64,000 bases of DNA from positions 2,057-66,056 of the forward strand of contig JAHFKN010000001.1 in assembly GCA_023245355.1 (NCBI GenBank), read 5' to 3'. A program made the translations under genes and the position numbers. Shown here one piece after another: positions 58,953 to 64,000 of the stretch (position 1 is its first letter; the number at the start of each line of letters is the position of its first letter). This DNA is from Candidatus Gottesmanbacteria bacterium. Its GTDB lineage: Bacteria > Patescibacteriota > Microgenomatia > UBA10105 > UBA927. The notes under the pieces are model-generated. The model was not told the origin of the DNA. It saw only the letters and a program-made list of their open reading frames with translations, and ran no database searches.

Positions 58953-59879
58953 TTACTCCTTTTTGGTAAGAACTATGTTGTGCCGCATGCACATAAGCGG
59001 CGGCGTATGACTGTCATTCCCGAACCTGCTTTTTAGATCACTGACGATAAACCCCAGGCGCTGCCAAAGGCCGATGTGATCCCCCAGCCCCCGGAACCAT
59101 TCCCCGTGTCCGTTTGGGTCTTCACCGAATACGACAAATCCGCCCGGGTGCTCAATTTCGATTAGTTTTCCCCGCACGCTTTCCATATCATTGCCGAATT
59201 CACGTTTAAATTGCGCCAAATCATATATATGATTTTGCAGTGCATCAGTGACGGCCGTGCTTTTTCGGGTGCCATGGGAAAGATCTATACCCTGCCGGTT
59301 TTCTGATATCGGCAACAATTCGCTTGTCGATATGTTGACGATAGACGTGCCACCCGGTTTAAGAATCCGGAATGTTTCCGCATCAATCTCCCTGTCAATA
59401 TTGGGAGGACAGCAGTTGCCGGTATGATCCCTGATGACAATGTCTACGGATCCGTCAGCTAGATCGGTATGGCGTGCATCGATAAGGTGCGGAAAAACGT
59501 GGGAAAGTGACTTTTCCCGTTTCAGCCTGCTCACCTCGTTTATAATATCCTCATCAATATCGATGATATGAAAGTTACTAAGCGTAGTGTTTAGCGCATG
59601 ATGGACAAAGCGCTGTGTATCTTCCACTCCGTCAACACTTGCAAGCCCCAGCATCGCAACCGAAAGCGGACGCCGGTTTATCCGCTTTGAGAGCAGATGA
59701 ATGCCGGACATTTCTGATAAAAGCTGCAGATTGAGGCCGACGGGCGGCGTCCGGTTCAGGAGTTCTTCTGACAAGCCCTCCGCATCCATACGCGCCCTCG
59801 TTTCTTCGTAACCGCTTGTTCTGCGTAATCCCCTACCGAACTCATTGCCCAACGACCGCGATATTTCTTTATCATTCAT
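58953..59879 (-). CDS. Hypothetical protein with a degenerate class I SAM-methyltransferase-like core
   Basis: 308 aa with LKPGG and VDIVIRDH-like motifs. The glycine-rich motif I is not canonical. A strong AGGAGG SD is present. Confidence 0.4.
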   Translation of the reverse strand: MNDKEISRSLGNEFGRGLRRTSGYEETRARMDAEGLSEELLNRTPPVGLNLQLLSEMSGIHLLSKRINRRPLSVAMLGLASVDGVEDTQRFVHHALNTTLSNFHIIDIDEDIINEVSRLKREKSLSHVFPHLIDARHTDLADGSVDIVIRDHTGNCCPPNIDREIDAETFRILKPGGTSIVNISTSELLPISENRQGIDLSHGTRKSTAVTDALQNHIYDLAQFKREFGNDMESVRGKLIEIEHPGGFVVFGEDPNGHGEWFRGLGDHIGLWQRLGFIVSDLKSRFGNDSHTPPLMCMRHNIVLTKKE

Positions 59880-59917
59880 ATATACCTCCTAATCCGTGCT
59901 AAATATTAGGTACACGG

Positions 59918-60004
59918 GTGCTGAGGGGAGGATTCGAACCTCCGTAGCCCTTCCGGGCATCCCGTTTACAGCGGGACGCATTTGTCCACTTTGCTAACTC
60001 AGCT
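59918..60004 (-). tRNA. tRNA-Tyr(GUA), type II with a long variable arm
   Basis: The minus strand reads GCUGAGU...anticodon loop CUGUAAA...T-loop UUCGAAU...CCUCAGC-A-CC. The D-loop contains GG. There is one U-C mismatch at 7:66. Confidence 0.85.
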
Positions 60005-60355
60005 TTTTTAAAAACAAAAAACCCCGACCTCATCCCTGACTAGCTCAGGAACAAGGGCGGGGTTTTGACACCACGCGGTACCACCTTGGTTTGCTAAGGT
60101 ATTTTAGCCACAAAAAAACCGACCCAGAGGTCGGTTCTACCTTAGCCTCGTTTGTGAGCTCCGCAGATGGCGACACTCACATTCTGCTGTTACGGGCTTA
60201 CCCGGATCGGTTTACTTTTTCCTATTCAACCTTTCGGCTCCAGAGAGTATTTCGTAAGTAATTTATCGGGAGATCTTGCACCAACCGTCTCCTCTCTCTT
60301 GTCTCAAATTACCCGCTACTTCGTCTCTTTCTATGCCTTTCCTATTCAATTGTTG
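60005..60355 (-). promoter_or_regulatory. T-box riboswitch leader with a tyrosine specifier (UGGU bulge variant) and an intrinsic terminator, directly upstream of tRNA-Tyr
   Basis: The reverse complement of 60075-60088 is AAGGUGGUACCGCG, a 13/14 match to the T-box consensus. Terminator CCCCGCC...GGUCGGGG plus a U-run lies at 60011-60068. A stem-III-like CCGACC/GGUCGG hairpin is present. UAC triplets are in putative Stem I. The promoter is TTGACA (60385-60390), 17 nt, TACAGT. Confidence 0.6.
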
Positions 60356-60401
60356 ATTGAAACTGTATCATAATTTGTCATTTTTGTCAATCCTCGCTAC
60401 A

Positions 60402-63005
60402 ATGGATTCCGTGATAGAAATGTCAGATTTATTCAGTGAGAGGCAGAGGAGAAAGCTATTCGGCACTTCTGTGTCGCGCATAAAACTCTGGAGTATCGTA
60501 GCGTACGGCGGGTTTATCGGATTCGTTGTTCTCATATTATTTACCGGTATTTTATTTGCCTGGTATGCCAAAGATTTGCCCCGTCCCGACAAAGTACAGC
60601 GGCGTGAAGGACTCTCTACGGTCGTGCTCGACAGAAACGGAGAAAAGCTCTACGACATTTTCGAGGAAGCAAACCGGATACCGGCCAAATGGGATGAGAT
60701 ACCCCAATATTTAAAAGATGCGACGGTCGCCGTAGAAGACAAGGATTTCTACCGGCATCAGGGATTGTCCACGACAGGTATCATGCGCGGACTGTTGGCC
60801 TGCGTTTTTTTGCGGAGGTGTCAGGGAGGATCCACGCTGACACAGCAGCTGGTCAAAAACGTACTCCTGAGTCAGGAGCGTACGCTGCCGCGCAAGATGA
60901 AAGAGGCAGTGCTTGCCATTCAGATCGAGCGCAAATACAGCAAGAACGATATTCTTCTCATGTATCTGAACGAAGCTCCGTACGGAGGCACGGCGGTAGG
61001 GGTAAAAACTGCGGCCGAGCATTATTTTGACAAGCCGGTAAAAGATCTCTCTCTTATCCAGTCTGCGATTTTGGCCGGACTACCTCAGTCGCCGAGTTAC
61101 TATTCTCCCTTTACCGGTACGGAAGGAGCATATAAGGACCGCACGGCACATGTATTGCGCAGGATGCGAGAAGAAGGATTTATCACGCCGGCTCAGGAGA
61201 GCGAGGCCCGGAAACAAATGGACACTATAACATTTGCCGCCGGAGATGCCAGCCTGCGCGCACCGCATTTCGTCGCGTATATCAAAGAATTGTTAATTGA
61301 CCGGTTCGGCGAAAAACTGGTTAATGCCGGAGGTCTTACCGTTACGACGACGCTCGACTGGAAACTTCAGGAAGCAGCCCAGCTTGCCGTGAAAGAGGAA
61401 GTGGATAAAGCCAAAAAACTGAAAGTGAGTAACGGAGCTGCGGTCGTTTTGGATCCTGCTACCGGAGAAATCCTCGCTATGGTGGGAAGCAAAGATTACG
61501 CTGCAACAGACAGTTCAGGGCTCAAATTTAATGTCGTCACCCAGGGGTTACGCCAGCCGGGTTCTACCCTCAAGCCGATTATTTATGCGGCAGCGCTCAC
61601 ACGCGGGTACACGGCCTCGTCCATGCTGATGGACGTGGAAACGAAATATCCGTCCGGCGATCCTGCAAAACCTGAATACAATCCGAAAAATTATGATAAT
61701 AAATACCGCGGTCCCATGCAGCTCCGGTATGCGCTTGCCAATTCCATTAACACGATTGCGGTAAAAGTAGCTGCATTGGACGGAGTCAAAGACGTGCTGA
61801 AATTGGGCTACGCGATGGGACTTAAAACGTGGGAGCCCACTGATGAGAATTTGAAACGGGTCGGGCTGTCTCTGCCGCTGGGAGGAGCCGAGGTGACGAT
61901 GATGGATATGGCAACTGCCTACGGTGTATTAGCAACCGGAGGCAAGCGTATGGATTCCGTGGCCATTCTCAAAGTGGTGGATACAAGCGGGAAAACGCTG
62001 TATGAATATACTCCTGCTGCTGCCCGCGATGAGCTGGAGCCGGAAGTTTCCTTTATCATATCAAGCATATTATCCGATAATGACGCCCGCAAAGAAGTGT
62101 TCGGATTCAAATCCTACCTGGTTATTCCCGGTAAAACGGTAGCGGCCAAAACCGGTACGACGGATGACAAACGGGATAACTGGACGGCAGGATATACCAA
62201 GAACCGCGTCGTCGTGACGTGGGTAGGCAATAACGATAATACCCCGATGAGCCCGACGCTCGCCTCCGGTGTGACAGGGGCTGCTCCCATATGGAACCGG
62301 ATTATGCGCGAGGCACTCAAATCTATGACTGACCAGCCGTTTGACCGGCCCGACAATGTAATCGAAATGGATATCGACGCATTCGGCGGCGGGCTTCCGT
62401 TCGAAAATCAGCCGACCCGTAAGGAATTTTTTGTGAAAGGAACGGAGCCTACCGGTCCGGCAGCCATTTACCAGAAGCTCAAGATTTCCAGAAAAGATAC
62501 TAACAAACTCGCAAACAGCGTAGAAGTGGCAACCGGCGACTATGACGAAAAGCTTTTTATCGTTCTGCGTGAAGATGACCCCGTATCCGGTGACGGAAAA
62601 AACCGCTGGCAGGACGGTATCAACGCATGGATACAAACGGCCGACAGCAAATATAAGGCTCCGACGGAAACATACAGCGGCGGTGATTCCAATCAGGTCG
62701 TATTGCAGGTTAAAAAGCCCAATGATAATGAGCGGATAAACAACAATAATATAACGGTGGAAGCAACGGCTATTTCAACTGCCGATATCGAGCGGTTTGA
62801 AATTTTTGTCGACGGCAGTAAGGTGAAGGAAAAGAGCAATGAAAAATCTATTTCCGAATCGATAAACGTGCCGAACGGTTCACACATTATCAAGGTGAAA
62901 GCCATTGATAAGCGGGGTACCTCTGCGGAGCGGGAACTGCACGTAGGGATCAATCAGGATTATGCGGCACCGACATCCACTCCAACTCCTCTCCCTACTC
63001 CGTGA
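60402..63005 (+). CDS. Class A penicillin-binding protein (PBP1A-type transglycosylase/transpeptidase) with a C-terminal accessory domain and a Pro/Thr tail
   Basis: GT51 motifs (EDKDFYRHQG, GGSTLTQQL) and transpeptidase motifs SxxK, SxN and KTG (KTGTTDD). The start is set at ATG 60402. The track start at 60357 is a TTG. Confidence 0.85.
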   Translation: MDSVIEMSDLFSERQRRKLFGTSVSRIKLWSIVAYGGFIGFVVLILFTGILFAWYAKDLPRPDKVQRREGLSTVVLDRNGEKLYDIFEEANRIPAKWDEIPQYLKDATVAVEDKDFYRHQGLSTTGIMRGLLACVFLRRCQGGSTLTQQLVKNVLLSQERTLPRKMKEAVLAIQIERKYSKNDILLMYLNEAPYGGTAVGVKTAAEHYFDKPVKDLSLIQSAILAGLPQSPSYYSPFTGTEGAYKDRTAHVLRRMREEGFITPAQESEARKQMDTITFAAGDASLRAPHFVAYIKELLIDRFGEKLVNAGGLTVTTTLDWKLQEAAQLAVKEEVDKAKKLKVSNGAAVVLDPATGEILAMVGSKDYAATDSSGLKFNVVTQGLRQPGSTLKPIIYAAALTRGYTASSMLMDVETKYPSGDPAKPEYNPKNYDNKYRGPMQLRYALANSINTIAVKVAALDGVKDVLKLGYAMGLKTWEPTDENLKRVGLSLPLGGAEVTMMDMATAYGVLATGGKRMDSVAILKVVDTSGKTLYEYTPAAARDELEPEVSFIISSILSDNDARKEVFGFKSYLVIPGKTVAAKTGTTDDKRDNWTAGYTKNRVVVTWVGNNDNTPMSPTLASGVTGAAPIWNRIMREALKSMTDQPFDRPDNVIEMDIDAFGGGLPFENQPTRKEFFVKGTEPTGPAAIYQKLKISRKDTNKLANSVEVATGDYDEKLFIVLREDDPVSGDGKNRWQDGINAWIQTADSKYKAPTETYSGGDSNQVVLQVKKPNDNERINNNNITVEATAISTADIERFEIFVDGSKVKEKSNEKSISESINVPNGSHIIKVKAIDKRGTSAERELHVGINQDYAAPTSTPTPLPTP

Positions 63006-63011
63006 CGCAGA

Positions 63012-64000
63012 TCAGAGCGTTTTGAGTGATACGTTATATTGTGTCTGTGCAACTTCAATAAGTTTGTTCCGTACGGGAATAATTTCCTCTCCGGAAAGAT
63101 TCCGTTTCGGATCCTGATACGTGATATGAAAGGTTCTGGTATTTTTGTGGACATCCAACAGCGTTACGGCGTACACCAGCGGATGTGCATGTTGTAATGC
63201 ATCGATAAGCGGCCCTACCTGAAACCGGTCCGGTACGGTAAACGCCAGATCTTCAACAACCGGCGGGTATTTGGGGACAGGTATATATACTTTTGCCGCG
63301 TTGCTGCGTGCTGCCAGAGCGCCCACATCAAGATGCAGGACGGTTACCGGCGAACTGATGCCCAGGCGTTCCAATAATCCCCTGTGTAGCTGTCCGAGAG
63401 ACCCGAATTCAGCCAGGGAAAGGAAATTGTTGTCGTACCACAAGGCATGCTCTTTTTTTGGGTTGCTGCTGTCAGCGGGAAGTGGTATGCCGGAGAGCGC
63501 AAACAACGCCTCCGCAACCCCTTTTGCTTCGAGGAACGCGTTACTCGTCCATGCGACAATAAGCGTCGGGGATTCGATCGGCAAATCCTGCTTCCGGAAT
63601 GTGTACTGCATGCTCAGCTCAAACAGTTTCAGGTTGTTTTTGAGTTTGAGGTTTTCTCGGACAACCGGAAGCATCGTCATAAGTAAATCGGGCCGCATGT
63701 AGACCCATTCGCTGGAAAGCGGATTGGCTATTTTGTATGCATCGCCTGCGTCATAACCGAACATATGCATGCTTTCCTCCGGAACCATGGAATACGTAAT
63801 GCATTCGGTAAATCCCCAGTCACGCAGCCGTATTTTTATCTCCTCTTCGGTTTTGAGCTGCGTATCGGGAATAGTAACCGGAGGAGCGTGGTCAGGAAGT
63901 TTGGCTTCTATTGTGTGGTACCCATACACCCTGGCGATTTCTTCTATCACATCAACGTCGATTGTGACATCACGACGGAAACTCGGTACCGTTACCGTAA
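63012..64000 (-). CDS. pheT: Phenylalanyl-tRNA synthetase beta subunit, C-terminal part; the gene continues beyond the window
   Basis: End of the B5 domain IEEIARVYGYHTI, a catalytic-like core and a C-terminal FDX-ACB domain. Confidence 0.8.
   Translation of the reverse strand, partial: TVTVPSFRRDVTIDVDVIEEIARVYGYHTIEAKLPDHAPPVTIPDTQLKTEEEIKIRLRDWGFTECITYSMVPEESMHMFGYDAGDAYKIANPLSSEWVYMRPDLLMTMLPVVRENLKLKNNLKLFELSMQYTFRKQDLPIESPTLIVAWTSNAFLEAKGVAEALFALSGIPLPADSSNPKKEHALWYDNNFLSLAEFGSLGQLHRGLLERLGISSPVTVLHLDVGALAARSNAAKVYIPVPKYPPVVEDLAFTVPDRFQVGPLIDALQHAHPLVYAVTLLDVHKNTRTFHITYQDPKRNLSGEEIIPVRNKLIEVAQTQYNVSLKTL

Overview
This 64-kb window looks like chromosomal DNA from a monoderm-type bacterium with about 52% GC. 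The cell-envelope call rests on a type IV pilus cluster that has no secretin gene, T-box-style leaders, and LCP and YfhO cell-wall proteins. I cannot place the phylum from sequence alone.

From left to right the window contains:
- **His operon (minus strand):** the 3' part of hisS, then a tightly overlapping operon hisG-hisD-hisC-HAD-hisB-hisH-hisF-hisI-hisE. No hisA is present in it.
- **His leader:** upstream of hisG there is a sigma70-like promoter, a T-box-like leader with an intrinsic terminator, a second hairpin with a U-run, and a degenerate tRNA-His-like element 14 nt from the hisG start codon.
- **Housekeeping block:** M24 peptidase, two secreted or membrane hypotheticals, an MBL-fold hydrolase, dnaB, tRNA-Leu(CAA), Nif3, an MFS transporter, lgt, a DksA/TraR-type protein, a RluA-family synthase, a CPA2/RCK antiporter, tgt, an LCP protein and yebC.
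- **Noncoding stretch (23600-24810):** 1.2 kb that is AT-rich and carries a family of divergent repeats, an iteron-like tandem repeat and one perfect DnaA box. It is followed by a XerC/D-type recombinase, a Ddl-like ATP-grasp protein, a standalone C39-like peptidase, and two SIMPL paralogs that flank folD.
- **gyrB-ppa-gyrA** with a short delta'-like gene.
- **Type IV pilus cluster (about 15 kb):** pilB, pilT, pilC, pilin, two large glycosyltransferase-like membrane proteins, pilD, four minor pilins, pilX, pilM, pilN and pilO.
- **rpsP-KH-trmD, rnc, nusB, rpmF, recG.**
- **Tyr operon (minus strand):** T-box(Tyr) leader, tRNA-Tyr, a methyltransferase-like gene, a PLP enzyme, tyrS and a 36-aa small ORF.
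- **PBP1A and partial pheT.**

The most unusual signal is that both T-box-type leaders are followed by a tRNA-type gene of the same amino acid, and then by the operon they presumably regulate. The tRNA-His copy has degenerate D and T loops. The ORF track uses TTG as a start in several places (shown as M), and several listed ORFs carry spurious N-terminal extensions. I adjusted those starts by hand.
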